Positions 1 to 15,674 of a stretch of DNA of 64,000 bases are shown here, in pieces. The notes beneath the pieces are model-generated. The model did not search any database. It was given only the letters and a program-made list of their open reading frames with translations, and was not told the DNA's origin. Source of the DNA: Octopus sinensis (Eukaryota); assembly GCF_006345805.1 (NCBI RefSeq), contig NC_043000.1, positions 118,296,001 to 118,360,000 of the forward strand, written 5' to 3'. Within the stretch, counting starts at the first letter, position 1, and each line of letters begins with the position of its first letter. Position numbers and translations under genes: made by a program.

Positions 1-443
1 CACACACAAAACATTCACATAAAACCAGTCACATACCACAATAGCACACACACACACAAACAAAACATTCCCTCCACCAAAAAAACAAAAACATATACAC
101 ACCCACCACAATATGCAAAACATATTTCCAAAAAACAAAAACACACATACACTAAACATACATGCACACTCACACACACACACACCAGAAATAATTCCTT
201 CCAAATCCTTGGAATGTCCATCCTTAAAAGAAGCCACTGACCACTGGCCATATTTTCTCAATAGAAAAAGAGAAAATAGAAAAATGTTTTGACAGTACAG
301 TATCTATCTTTGCGGGTGTTATGTTCCAAAACCTCCCGCAGAAATAATTAAAATCTAAAAAATATAAATACTTATTAGTTGCAGAAACCCGCAATATACT
401 GAGGAGTCTACAATATAAATTTATATATATTAGTTGGGAAAAT

Positions 444-872
444 CTGCGATGTACTGAGTGGTTGATAGGTGAACCACAATGTGCTGAGAACATGATAGAT
501 GAAGCGCAATGTAGTGAATATGCGATAGGTGAATCGTGATGTGCTGAAGCGTGATAGATGAACCACAATGTACTGTGTATGCGATAGGTGAATTGTGATG
601 TGGTGAGAGTGTGATAGGTGAACCGCGATGTGCTGAGTGCACAATAGGTGAACCGCGATGTGCTGAGTGCACAATAGGTGAACCGCGATGTGTTGAGTGC
701 ACGATAGGTGAACCGCGATGTGCTGAGTGTGCAATAGGGGAACTGCAATATGCTGAGTGTGCAATAGGTGAACTGCAATATGCTGAGTGTGCGATAGGTG
801 AACCGCAATGTGCTGAGTGCATGACAGATGAACCACGATGTACTGAGTGTGCAATAGGTGAACCGCAATGTG
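444..872. repeat. 30-bp minisatellite (unit ~GTGCACAATAGGTGAACCGCGATGTGCTGA)
   Basis: About 14 degenerate tandem units; explains the repetitive ORFs (IGEPRCAECT)n at 224-1009. Confidence 0.9.
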
Positions 873-1069
873 GCAATGGATTACTGAACATTCTAAAATT
901 ACATACACACACACACACACAAACACACACAGCTGACCACTCTTGTAGTCAATTGAAGCTTCGTATTCAATTCAAAAGACTTCTTTTCAATAAAATTTAT
1001 GAAACTTGAATTCTTGAATCCCACTTCAAACCTACATAGCCAATATATATAAATATATATATATATATA

Positions 1070-1443
1070 TAGCGAAGACATGTTGGGGAAAGCGAAATCG
1101 AAATCGAATTGAACCAGCCAGGATCCCTGGTCTGGTGGTACGTAAAAAGCACTATCCGACTCGTGGCCGATGCCAGCGCCACCTCGACTGGCTTCCGTGC
1201 CGGTGGCACATAAAATACACCAATCCGACCGTGGCCGTTGCCAGCCTCGCCTGGCACCTGTGCAGGTGGCACGTAAAAAGCACCCACTACACTCACGGAG
1301 TGGTTGGCGTTAGGAAGGGCATCCAGCTGTAGAAACATTGCCAGATAAGCCTGGTGCAGCCTTCTGGCTTCCCAGATCCCCGATCGAACCGTCCAACCCA
1401 TGCTAGCATGGAGAACGGACGTTAAGCGATGATGATGATGATG
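1070..1443 (+). mobile_element. Family C short retroposon (RTE-X 3'UTR-like; GGAAGGGCATCC core; (GAT)n tail)
   Basis: Same body and tail as the 3' end of the LINE at 5210-7250; further copies at 10760-11217(+), 18620-19140(-), 20612-21015(-), 22905-23280(-), fragments at ~2980-3260 and ~8100-8290. Confidence 0.85.
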
Positions 1444-1710
1444 ATATATAAGAAATGACTCTTTGCACATGGCTACAAACTGTTAACCCCCCCACCAATT
1501 TTTTTCTGCTTGATTTCCTAAAAAAATTCTTTTTAATATTTGATTAAATGAATACATCGAAACCGGTTAAATTTTAAATCACTCACTATAACAAAGATAT
1601 AAAACATTTTCTAAAATATATTTTTGTGCCTTTTTTAACTTTACTTTTTTTACCACAATTTTTTAATTGTATGAACTCTTAACCACCTTTCAGCTATATA
1701 TATATATATG

Positions 1711-2050
1711 AGGAGGAGACTCCCTTCGGTCATGAATGACCATGGAATTGCACCTAGAAAGTTACCCTCCGAAGCACAAGTCTGGGCAAGGTTGTTTGTG
1801 GAAGGCCAGCAGTCGCCCATACATACCAGCCTCCCCTCTCCACACCACTGATGTTATCCAAGGGAAAGGCAAAGGCCGATTGAGCTTAGTACCAGTGATG
1901 TCGCAACTCTTTTCTACAGCTGAGTTAACTTGAGCAACATGAAATAAAATTTCTTGCTCAAGAACACAACATGCAGCCCAGTCCGGGAATCGAACTCACA
2001 ACCTCACAATTGTAAGCTCAATGCTCTAACCACTGAGCCATGCACCTTCC
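1711..2050 (-). mobile_element. Family D tRNA-headed SINE
   Basis: The reverse strand begins with A-box tggctcagtggtt and B-box gttcgattcc, then tgttgtgttcttgagcaag; related copies at 13628-13920 and 14775-15066. Confidence 0.85.
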
Positions 2051-2399
2051 CATATATATATATGTATGTATATATATATATATCAACAATATGAGAGATC
2101 ACTATATGGATTCCTTGTATGCTAGAAATAGACATCAAACTGTTTTACCACTAAATCTGTATTCTCAACTTAATACGTATATATAGCTGAAATTTATAGA
2201 AAAACAAAAGGCAAAGACAGATGTAGGAACAAGAAGCAAGTGTATTAGTTTGACGCCTACATTCTTCAACAGAAAAGAAAAAGAGAAAATAGAGAGAGAA
2301 TAAAAAAACTTGTAGATTTCAGCAGTCTGATAGGCTGCATTCAGTTTCTGTCTACCAAATTCGTTCATAAGGTGTCATTGTTGTATTTTTTTTAATCTT

Positions 2400-2690
2400 C
2401 GATAGCTACAATATCTACAAACCATCAAGATGTAGGACACGATACTGCAATAGCCTGGGCTTCAGAGGTCCACAGCTCTTCAATATCCTCCCGAAGAACA
2501 TGAGAGACCTGCATGGGTGGATGTAGGTGTCTTCAAAATAAAGCTGGACCTCTTCCTGTCAGGTGTCCCAGATGAGCCAACTTCGCGGCAGGAGGTGCAG
2601 ATGAGGGAAGCTGCATCAAACTCTCTCATGCAACAAATGTCAATTGCTAAAAAGCATTCGTGAAGTAAAATCATGTAGCAACACCAAATG
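2400..2690 (+). mobile_element. 3' end of a CR1/L2-group non-LTR retrotransposon
   Basis: Translates to NSLGFRGPQLFNILP...VFKIKLDLFLSGVPDEP...AASNSLMQQM, a typical ORF2 C-terminus; clade assignment from memory. Confidence 0.6.
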
Positions 2691-3827
2691 GCAGTGCCCC
2701 AGCATGGCTACAGATCGTGAGCTGAAACTAGATGAAATAAAAAATAAGAAAATAAAATAAATAAACCTTATAAAGGATATTGAAAATGTATTCTGGTGCA
2801 GTTAATTATAATCAGCATCATTTAGCATCCATGCTTGCATGGGTCAAAAGGAATTTATTGAGATAGCTTTTTTACACCTAGATGTAAAATCTCAAAGAAT
2901 TACCCGGGGTTGTATGCAAAATTGAGCTTATAATGCATGCTTTAAAGCAGTAAAATCTTTTTCTCCTAACAATGGTACAGTAGAAACACCTATACTGGTG
3001 CCACATAGTAGAAGCACCTGTACTGGTCCTGTGTAAAAAGCACCCACACCAGTGTCACATTGAAAGCACATATGCTGGTGCCATATAGAAAGCACCTATG
3101 CTGGTACCATGTAGAAGGCATCTGTGCTGATGTCACATAAAAGCAACTGCGTCAGTGCCATGTAAAAGCTCCTGTGCCATGTACAAGCACCCAACTCACT
3201 CTATAAAGTGGTTGGCATTAGGAAGAGTATCCACCCAGAATCCTGTGGCTGAGAAGCAAACCTCTTACCACACATCCACACCAGTGCTTACCCTTATTCC
3301 AGTGGTTTTCAACCAGGGTTCTGCCATTACAGTCCAGGGGTTCCGCAAGAAGTACAAATATGCTAAAATCGACAGTAATTTTTAATTCTCCTGTGCAGAT
3401 ATGTGTGCATAAGACAATTAAATTATTGCATAGGGGTTCCTCGAGCCAGTGAAATGTTTTCTTGGGGTTCCGCTCCAGCAAAAAGGTTGAAAAGCACTGC
3501 TTTATTCTATATAATTATACAACTGTTGGTATAATAATGTTATTACTAATAGTAGTGATTACAAATAAATTGTCTTAGGATGTTGGGCAAGATGCGTTGT
3601 ATTTGCACCAACTATTTATGTTCTGGGTTCAAATCCCTCTGAGGTCAATTTCACCTATTATCTATTTGAGATTAATTAAATAAAATACCAGTTGAAGTTC
3701 TGGGGGCCATCAATGTTATCAACTAGCTCCATCCTTCAAGATTGTTGCCCTTTTTTACTAAATTACAAATAAATATTCATTGCAGTGTTTATTTCTACAT
3801 ATTTTCCTTTGCTTTCTTTATTACAAG

Positions 3828-3924
3828 GTATAATGATGTTCTTTTCAACCTTGGGTCCTGCAATAGGATACATAGTCGGTGGTCAGTTTCTTAATGTTTT
3901 TGTTGACCCATCAAAAAGTGACGA
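3828..3924 (+). CDS. SLCO: SLCO exon: (G)IMMFFSTLGPAIGYIVGGQFLNVFVDPSKSDE
   Basis: ttacaag| acceptor and |gtgagt donor; 97 nt, phase 1 to 2; typical OATP TM5 sequence. Confidence 0.92.
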
Positions 3925-3956
3925 GTGAGTATCAAATATTTTATAGTTATTAAATA

Positions 3957-4522
3957 TTGGGTTGTCCGGAAAGTTCGTGCCGATTTATAGTAGCTTACAT
4001 TTCGACTTATTTTAGAACATGGTTGAGTCCATAAAATAAGATTTTACTACACCTCCATTTAGAGCACAGTTTAAGCTACCTTTTCGTGGAAGAAGATTTA
4101 TGTTCCTATAACCTGTATAAATTCTGTAACCCTTTAAAATGGAAAATAAGAAAGTTCATTTTCGGCACTTGATGCTTTGGAAACCAGACAAAAATTGCTG
4201 CAGCTCAGCTGGGATATGTTACCCCATCCTCCATATTCACCAGATATTGCTCCTTCGGATTTCCACTTATTGAGGTCTCTGCAGAATAGTCCTAATGGTA
4301 AAAATTTCAATTCCTTGGATGACGTAAAAAGATACCTTGATGAATTCTTTGCCATGAAGTCACCTCAATTCTGGGAAGAGGGTATTTTCAAGTTAAAGGA
4401 AAGATGGAGACCCATTGTGCAACAAAATGGTTCATATTTGGTTGATTTAAAATATAATAGCAAGTATTTATTGACCTTTTTCTTTCCTTTGAAAATTGGC
4501 ACGGACTTTCTGGACAACCCAA
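3957..4522 (+). mobile_element. Internally deleted mariner element with TIRs and TA target duplication
   Basis: TIR ttgggttgtccggaaagttcgtgccgattt / aaattggcacggactttctggacaacccaa, TA on both sides; transposase C-terminus HPPYSPDIAPSDFHL...WRPIVQQNGSY. Confidence 0.93.
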
Positions 4523-5209
4523 TAGTATTTCATATAAAATTATTTTCCAGTAAAGGCCGAATCTTTATGGAAACTACAATGGCGGTAAGGTTTTAATGAA
4601 CCAAGTTTGGGTTTGCTTTGATAGCTGGTCAGAAACATCTATTACATTCTGAAAATGAACAAGCTGCTTGTATGACGGTGATGCTCATTTACAACCATAT
4701 AGTGAAATCAAGACTTAGAAATATATATATCCACACATACACACAACAAGCTTCTTTTAGTTTTTATCCAACAAATCCACTCAATAAGCTTTATTCGGTC
4801 TGGAGCTATACTGGAAGACTCTTTGCTATGAAGCCGCACAGTGGGACTGAGCTACAAGCTCTGTAACTGAGGAACAAGCTTCTTACCACACAGCCGAATT
4901 TGCACCCATTCAATCATTTGAAATGATTTATCACAGTAAACTAACAGCAATCATCCTTTTATTTTAATAGAAACCAATTAACTAGAAGTCTGTCCAAAAA
5001 ATAATCATCTTCTTAATTGCTGACAAATCAGTATGCTATAATTTCTAGCAATTTTCCAAAGATTTGTAGCTTTTGAAAATACTAAAATAACTACCAAGGA
5101 AAATAAGTATATTTATTAGATATTAACTATTTATTAACTCAAGAGTTATCAAAAACCTGGTTTGCATTTTTAAGCAATAAATAACAACTTGAGAAATCCA
5201 TAGAATATT

Positions 5210-7250
5210 CATCATCATCATCATTGTTTAACGTCTGCTTTCCATGCTGGCATGGGTTGGATGGTTTGACTGAGGATTGGCAAAACGGGTGGCACCAGGC
5301 TCCATTCTGATCTAACAAGGTTTCTACAGTTGTATGCCCTTTCTAATGCCAACCTGAGAGTGTTGTGGATGTTTTTTACATGCCACTGGCACAAGAGCTA
5401 GTCAGGTGGAAGTGGTAATGACCACACTTGAATGGTGATTTTTATGTGCCACCAGCACAGGAGTCAGTCAGGTGGCACTGGAAATGACCACGTTCCTATG
5501 GTGCTTTTTACATGCCACTGGCATGGGAACCAGTCAGGCAGCACTGGCATTGGCCATGCTCATATGGTGCTTTTATGTGCCACCAGCAAAGGAGTCAGTC
5601 TGATGGCACTGGTATTGACCATGCTTGAATGGTACTTTTTATGTGCCACCAGCCTGGGTGCCAGTCAAGCAGTACTGGTATCAGCCATGACAATGATTTT
5701 GCTTGACTCAACAGTTCTTCTCAAGCACAGCATATTGTCCAACGATTGAAGGGTGCTCTTAAAAGGGCCAGTTATGTGACACTGGCAGAGGCCACAGCTA
5801 TAGTCTCACTTGGTTTGCCAGATCTTGTCAAGCACAGCATATCTCCAAAGGTCTCAGTCACTTGTCATTACCTCTGTGATGCCCAACGTTCGAAGGTCGT
5901 ACTTCACCACTTCATCCCAGGTCTTCTTGTGTCTACCTCTTCCACAGGTTCCCGGCATTGTTAGGGTGTGACACTTCTTCACACATTTTCCTCATCCATA
6001 TGTAACACATGACCATACCAGCACAGTCATCTCTTTTGCACACCACATCTGATACTTCTTATGTACAACTTTTCTCTCAGGGCACTTATACTCTGTTGTG
6101 TATGCACACTGACATTACACATCCAGCAGAGCATACTAGCTTCATTTCTTGCAAACTTATGCATATCCTCTGCAGTCACGGCCCATGTTTCACTGCTGTG
6201 TAGCATGGCTGTTCGCACACATGCATCTTACAGTCTACCTTTCACTCTGAGTGAGAGGCCCTTTGTTACCAGCAGAGGTAGGAGCTCTCTAAACTTTACC
6301 CAAGCTATTCTTATTCTAGCAGCTATGCTCTCAGAGCATCCACCCTTGCTACTGACTTGGTCACCTAGGCAATGGAAGCTATCAACTACTTCTAGTTTTT
6401 TTCCTCCTGGCATGTGATGGAAGCTGTTTTCTGCACATTTTCAGTGTTTATTGCCCCTGTGCATCTACCACACACAAAAACTATCTTCCCAGTAAGCCTT
6501 TCTTTCGTATTGCTGCACCTCCTATGTGTCCATAGATTACACTGGGTACATCTTATGGAGTTTCTACCTCTGCCTTTTCTACATATCAAGCCGGGCCAGC
6601 TATATAAAGGGATTTGTGATTTGTCTGCCTTTCTACTTACTATGACTTTGGTTTTTGCTAGATTGACTATAAGTCCCTTTGATTGTAGACCTTGCTTCCA
6701 CACCTGAAACTCCTCCTCTAGTTCTGGTAGTGACTCAGCTATAACAGCAAGGTCATCAGCATAGAGGAGCTCCAAGGGGTATCCTGTCTTGAGTTCCTCT
6801 GTTATTGTCTGGAGGACTATGATAAATAAGATGGGGCTGAAGACAGATCCTTGGTGGACCCCTACCTGAAATTCTTCAGTATACTTGTTGCCAACCTTCA
6901 CCTTATTGACAGCATCCATGAACATGGCTTGTATAGCTCTAACCACTCATTTGTCCCAAGTTTCTGCATTGACCACCGAATACAGGATCAGGTGACCCTG
7001 TCAAAGGCTTTCTTCATGTCAACGAAAGTCAAGTACAGAGGTTTACCTTTGGCTAGGAATTTCTCCTGCAGCTGTCTTATCAGAAATACTGCATCAGTGG
7101 TGCTTCTCCCTGACACAAACCCAAACTGCATCTCTTCTAAACTAGCTCCCTCCCTAATTAGTTGGCCTATGACACTCTCCATAACTTTCATCAACTAATC
7201 CAACAATTTGATACTTCTGTAATTATTCTGTCGAACGCATCATCTTTACC
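5210..7250 (-). mobile_element. 5'-truncated, frameshifted RTE-X-like LINE (RT with inserted PHD-like zinc finger, 3'UTR, (GAT)n tail)
   Basis: QFGFVSGRSTTDAVF...FVDMKKAFDRV; GVHQGSVFSPILF; LLYADDL; CLICRKG..NSIRCTQCNLWTHRRC...FVCGRC-type finger; LEVVDSFHCLGD; MLHSSETW. Confidence 0.9.
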
Positions 7251-7689
7251 TTTGTAGCAGTTGACTATGGTGCTGCTACACCACTCATTGGGTATGACTC
7301 TTTCATGTATCATCTGGTTAACTATACGGATGACTAGACTATGGCCTACATTGCTAGATATTTTAAGCTGCCAGTTATTAAACTATATAGAATATCTGAA
7401 AAACATATTTGACAACAAAATATACAATATAAACTCTGTCTTCTTTCAAAAAGAAATACAGGACAGTTTAAATTCTAAAAAAATAATTTTTTATAGCTTT
7501 TTTCTCTTTTAAACTTGCCTTGACACTTTTAAAACCTTGGTTCAGTATTCTTAAAAGACAATTGCTATAAAAATGAAAAGTGACATTTTTTATAGACCTA
7601 TTACATTATTTTTATTGCCGCTGCATGTTGAATAGTGCAGGCATGGCTGTGTGGTGAATAAGGTTTCTTTGCAACCAATTGGCTTCGGG

Positions 7690-8020
7690 TTCAATCTCAC
7701 TTTATGGCACTTTGTTTATTTGTTCCTTCTCGAGCCATGCCTGGCTCATAAGGGCTGGTTTCCCGGTTTCCTTGGCGTATAGGTTCCCCACCTGGACAGG
7801 ACGCCAATCCGTCACAGGTGAGCTGCAAGATGCAGGAGGAATGAGTGAGAGAAAGTTGTGGCAAAAGAGTCAACAGAAGTTTGCCATTACTTTCTGCCGG
7901 AGCCGCGTGGAGCTTAGGTGTTTCACTCATAAACACACACATTGTCCAGTCTGAGATTCGAACCCGCGATCCCTCGACCACGAATCCGCTGCTCTAATCA
8001 CTTGGCCATGTGCCTCCACA
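7690..8020 (-). mobile_element. Family E tRNA-headed SINE nested in a family A-like SINE head
   Basis: Reverse complement matches the copy at 30769-31080; flanked by two halves of a family A-like head (7640-7690 and 8020-8110). Confidence 0.8.
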
Positions 8021-8290
8021 TATGGCACTTTGGACAAGTGCATTCTATTATAGTCCCGAGCCAACCAATGCTTTGTCAGTGAATTTGGTAAAATAGAAGG
8101 AAAGTGCATGGAAGCCTGGCAAGCTACTGGGTAACCTCACAGGTGCTAGTACCACGTTAAATATACTCAGTACACACTAAAGTGGTTGATATTAGGAAGG
8201 GCTTCAAGCTCTAGAAACCATGCCAAAGAAGTCACGAGAGTTTAGTATAGTCCACTGGCTCACTAGCTCCTGTCAAACCACCCAACCAAT

Positions 8291-9170
8291 GACACCTTCA
8301 TACTCTGGCTCCACCAGGAAGATGTCCAAGTGCTGTTAGATCATGTGAACTCAATAAAGCCATCTATACAGTTCACAATCAAAAAAGAAAAAGACAATCA
8401 GTTGGCATTCCTGGACATATTAATAACATGCATCAAGTACGGATTCAGGACATCCATATACTGCAAGCTGACCTTAACTGGATGATACTCAACTCCCACC
8501 ATCCATACAGTGTAAAGAGAGGGATTGCTCAGTGCCTAAAACATCGAGCAAAGAATATAAGTAGCAATTGTGATACCCACCTCAAAGAAATTATCAAGCT
8601 CAGTAACAATCTATTAAGCAACAACTATCCCAAAAGCATACTCTCCACTTCAATTATGAAGAAAAGAGAGGATGAAACTGATAAGCTGTCCACAGTCTGT
8701 CTACCCTATGTGAAAGGCCTCTCTGAAAAGATACAAAAGATATGTGGCCCATATGACATCAGGACAGTATTCAAGATTAATACAACACTTCGCAAATATC
8801 TCCTTCCAGTAAAACCACCAGTAGAAGAGAATATGACCAAGAACTGCGTCTACTTCATCCCATGCAGCTGTGGTAGGTTATACAAAGGTGAAACAAGCCG
8901 CCCCCTCAAAATAAGAGTAGAGGAACATCGCAAAGCTGTGACACGGGGAGATATTGATAAATCGGGTATAGGTGATCATGTATGGAAAAATGGAGACTTC
9001 TTCCCCTGTGGGATGAAGTTAAAATAATAGACAGAGAACACCACTGGAAAATCCAAAAACTAATGAAGCAGCACATGCTAGGACACAACAACCTCCTAAG
9101 CAAACCGAGTGCAGATATGAACAACATATGGGAACCAGTATTAAGGAAGGATAGGAGAATATTAGATATA
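8291..9170 (+). mobile_element. Penelope-like element remnant (RT palm/thumb plus GIY-YIG endonuclease)
   Basis: DTFILW...IQFTIKKEKDNQLAFLDIL; SHHPYSVKRGIAQCL; VCLPYVKGLSEKI; NCVYFIPCSCGRLYKGETSRPLKIRVEEHRK (GIY-YIG). Confidence 0.92.
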
Positions 9171-9202
9171 TAAGCCCTAAAATTCACTCCATAATTGCCC
9201 AT

Positions 9203-9274
9203 GGGCATATGGCATAGTGATTAAGAGCGCGGGGCTACTAACCCCAAGATTCCAAGTTTGATTTCAGGCAGTAA

Positions 9275-9314
<40 letters not shown>

Positions 9315-9460
9315 GTTGAAAAATACCTTAGGAATGAGAACCCAGGTTCAAAATTTCCCCAAGACACCTGATGAAGGCTGGAGGGTATATCAGCCGAAAA
9401 GTTGTGTTAACAACAAACAAGAAGTGTTCAAATATCCATTAATTGTAAATAATGTAAATA
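9203..9460 (+). mobile_element. tRNA-headed SINE-like element with an internal (TAA)n and a hammerhead-bearing tail
   Basis: A-box tggcatagtgatt and B-box-like caagtttgatttc, then (aat)n, then a hammerhead motif at 9363-9408. Confidence 0.65.
9363..9408 (+). ncRNA. Minimal type-I hammerhead ribozyme motif
   Basis: GACAC-CUGAUGA-A-GGCUG(10-nt loop)CAGCC-GAAA-AG-UU-GUGUU. Stem III would be palindromic (AACGUU) if position 9400 were C. Confidence 0.7.
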
Positions 9461-9957
9461 ATATACTTCCAACCCATGCCAGAATAGAAAACAAATGTTA
9501 AACAATGAAATATGTGTCTTTATGTATGTTTGTCCCACACTGCCTGATAACCAGTATTGGTTTGTTTATGTCCCAGTAACTTGACAGTTTGTCAAAAGAG
9601 ACTGATAGAAGTACTAGACTATAAAAATTAATATCATGGGAGTTCGCTTGCTTGACTGAAACAGATAAAATAAGAGATATCATGTCAATCTGATGTAATC
9701 AAAGAAGCAATTCCATCAACTGGAGAAATAATCATTAAAGCTATTTTGAAAGTTATGACTTCTAATTTTAGGATAATTCTTGGTAATTTTCTTCTCTAAA
9801 ATAGAATAAAATTAAGGCATAAAAATGAATCATAACACTGAAGAATCACAAAGATATATAGCTAGAAATAGTTACACCACAAAGGAGTGATCAAACCATT
9901 ACCTAACTAGATGGGATTGATTTCTTTTTCATGGAAGAAAGAATGGATTTCACATTT

Positions 9958-10600
9958 TATATATATATACACACACACACACATACAAATATATATGCAC
10001 ACACACACATATATATATATATACACACACACATGTATATACATGTATATACTTATATACACATATATAAATATATATATACACACACATACACACATAT
10101 ATATACAAATATATATATATGTATACACATATATAAATATATATATACACACATACACACATATATATACAAATATATATATATGTATACACACATATAA
10201 ACATATATATATACACACGCACGCACACACACATATATATATATACACACATATATTCATATACACACATATATATATACACATATATATACATATATAT
10301 AAATATATATACACACATACAGACACATATGTGAACATATGTAGGTGTACACATATATATGTACGCATGTGTGTGAGAGTGTGTTTATATGTGTGTGTAT
10401 GTATGTGTATGTATCGATATTTATGTATACACATGGTACATGTGGGTGTATGTGCAAATGTATGTGTATATATGTGTGTACATAGATGCAGGTGTAGAAG
10501 TCTGTGGGTGTGTTTGTGTATGTGTCTGTATATGTGTGAGTGGATGTATGTATACATGCATGTATAGATGTGTGTATGTATGTGGATATGTGTGTGTATG
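9958..10600. repeat. Compound (TA)/(CA)/(TG) microsatellite
   Basis: Direct inspection. Confidence 0.9.
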
Positions 10601-11626
10601 TGACTAAATAAGGGCAAACCATACCAACTGTGAAAAATAAATAAAATGACCTCAAATCAAAAGATTCACTAAGGTCATCTTTTGAAAAGAACTCAACAAC
10701 ATTTTTAACTACTCATAGAAATATTTCATTTCTTTAATTGGAATCAAAATTGAACCAATCCTATGACTGGCAGTTGCCAGGGCCGCTGGACTGACTCCTG
10801 TGCAGGTGGCAAGTAAAGAAACACCGTTTTGACCCTGTGCTTGAAGAGACCTATTGAGTCAAGTACACCAACATCAAAAATCAATGGAAATTGTAGTTGT
10901 GATCCCCGTGCCGGTGGCACGTAAAAAGCACCATCCAGACGTGGCCGTTGCCAGTGCTGCCTTGACTGGCTTCCATGCTGGTGGCACGTAAAAAGCACCA
11001 ACCAATCGTGGCCGTTGCCAGCCTTGCCTGGCACATAAAAAGCACCCACTACACTCATGGAATGGTTGGTGTTAGGAAGGGCATCCAGGTGTAGAAACAC
11101 TGCCAGATCAGACTGGTGCCTGGTGCAGCCTTCTGGCTTCCTAGACCCTAGTTGAACCATCCAACCCATGCTAGCATGGAAAACGGACGTTAAACGATTA
11201 TGATGATGATGATGATTCCTGATAGACTAATCTCTTCTCACTACCATTCACAACTACCTTTTGTCTTCCTACCTTCCACATTTGTCTTTTTCTTTTTGCC
11301 TTTCTTCTTTTTTCTTCATCTTTCTTCTTTTTTCACACATGCTATTATAATTATTTAGTGTATTCTTTTATATTATTTTTGATATTAGTTTTTATACTTT
11401 TTATTTTTTATTTTCATTTTATATTTGTATATGTGTAAGAAAAAATCTGCTATACAAACAACTTTATAAATCACAGAATTTCAGTTGATAATTGTTTATC
11501 AAAAACCTTGAAATGCATGATAGCAACTGTAAACATTATCATTAAAATAAAAGTTATCCCCACGAAAGCCACCTCCACTCATTTTATCAAATATAATATA
11601 CTGTAACAAAAACGTTTTTGTTTTTC

Positions 11627-11629
<3 letters not shown>

Positions 11630-11681
<52 letters not shown>

Positions 11682-11872
11682 CACACACATATATACACAT
11701 ATATATATGCACTTATATATATATATATATGCACACACATATATACACATATATATATGCACCTATATATATATATACACACACATATATACACATATAT
11801 ATATATGCACCTATATATATATATATACACGCACATATATATGCACATATATAAATATATGCATATATAAAT

Positions 11873-11921
<49 letters not shown>

Positions 11922-12235
11922 GATATATATATATATATATACACACAGATATATATATATAGTATATATATATATGTGTGTATATATATATATAGTGTGT
12001 ATATATATATATGTTATATATATATATATATGTGTGTGTATATATATATATATAGATATATATATATGTGTGTTATATATATATAATGTGTGTATATATA
12101 TATTATATATATATATATATATGTAATATATATATGTGTGTATATATATATGTATATATATATATGTGTGTATATATATATATATATATAATATATAATA
12201 TATATATATATACAAATATATATACATACATATTT
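11630..12235. repeat. Compound (TA)n microsatellite
   Basis: Direct inspection. Confidence 0.9.
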
Positions 12236-12448
12236 AATAAGTACATATCAAATTTGGAATTTATATGAATGTTCAAGATGATGTAGACTTTAATAACCAC
12301 TATCTTGTAGCAAAAGTGATAAAATCCAAACTAATTAATACAGTGTTGTCATTACAGTATTGGTATTGCATTCTTTGGATAATTGTATTATGTTTTATTT
12401 TACTTATATTTATTTTTGATATTAAAAATATTTCATTTGTATTTCCAG

Positions 12449-12570
12449 GATTAATTTTGATTCTAGAGATCCTCGCTGGATTGGAGCTTGGTGGGTCTGT
12501 TTCTTCATATCAGGATCTCTGTCAGCATTTATAGGACCAGTTCTACTTGGTTATGCACGGGAACTACCAG
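12449..12570 (+). CDS. SLCO: SLCO exon: INFDSRDPRWIGAWWVCFFISGSLSAFIGPVLLGYARELP
   Basis: atttccag| acceptor and |gtaaaa donor; 122 nt; contains the OATP signature DPRWIGAWW. Confidence 0.95.
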
Positions 12571-12849
12571 GTAAAATCTAATTTTCTTGCACACACACAC
12601 ACACACACACACATGCACAGTGAGGTAAATATATTTTTTTAAATAGTTTTTGTAGGAAGCCTAGCTGATGAGCTTTAAGTGTCAATTCGGCACAGAAAAT
12701 GAAATCAATTGTTACTGGGATATCTACTCTCCCCTTTGTAGTTTTACAAATGTGGTGGCTGTTTTTCTAAGTATATTTGCTATATTCTCTCTGCGTGTTT
12801 ACATATAGCAAAAGATGGGTGGGTACATATTGTACCCTGACTTTTAATA

Positions 12850-12901
<52 letters not shown>

Positions 12902-13075
12902 TGCAGGAGTGGCTGTGTGGTAAGTAGCTTGCTCACCAACCACATGGTTCTGAGTTCAGTCCCACTGCATAGCACATTGGGCAAGTGTCTTCTACTATAG
13001 CCATGGGCCGACCAAAGCCTTGTGAGTGGATTTGGTCAGAAACTGAAAGAAGCCCATCGTATATATATATAAATA

Positions 13076-13151
<76 letters not shown>

Positions 13152-13163
13152 CATATATATATA

Positions 13164-13211
<48 letters not shown>

Positions 13212-13214
13212 ATA

Positions 13215-15490
<2,276 letters not shown>

Positions 15491-15674
15491 TATATAGTAC
15501 AAAGTAAAATATGGGTTATGTGTGTAACCCACTAAGGGATATCATTTATCCAATATACTGTTGATAAAGTACCCAAATTCTTAATACATAAATGTTTTTA
15601 ATTGCAATGCAATTAATTCATTTATTGTATTAAATGGATGAGGGTAAAGAAATATTTTTACCATAAATTTATAG

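Noticed and set aside
1-3827. An additional upstream SLCO exon
   Set aside because: No sequence matching the expected preceding TM4 exon ending in a phase-1 donor was found.
12665-12715. CTGATGA followed by GAAA motifs
   Set aside because: No convincing stem I or stem II could be formed.
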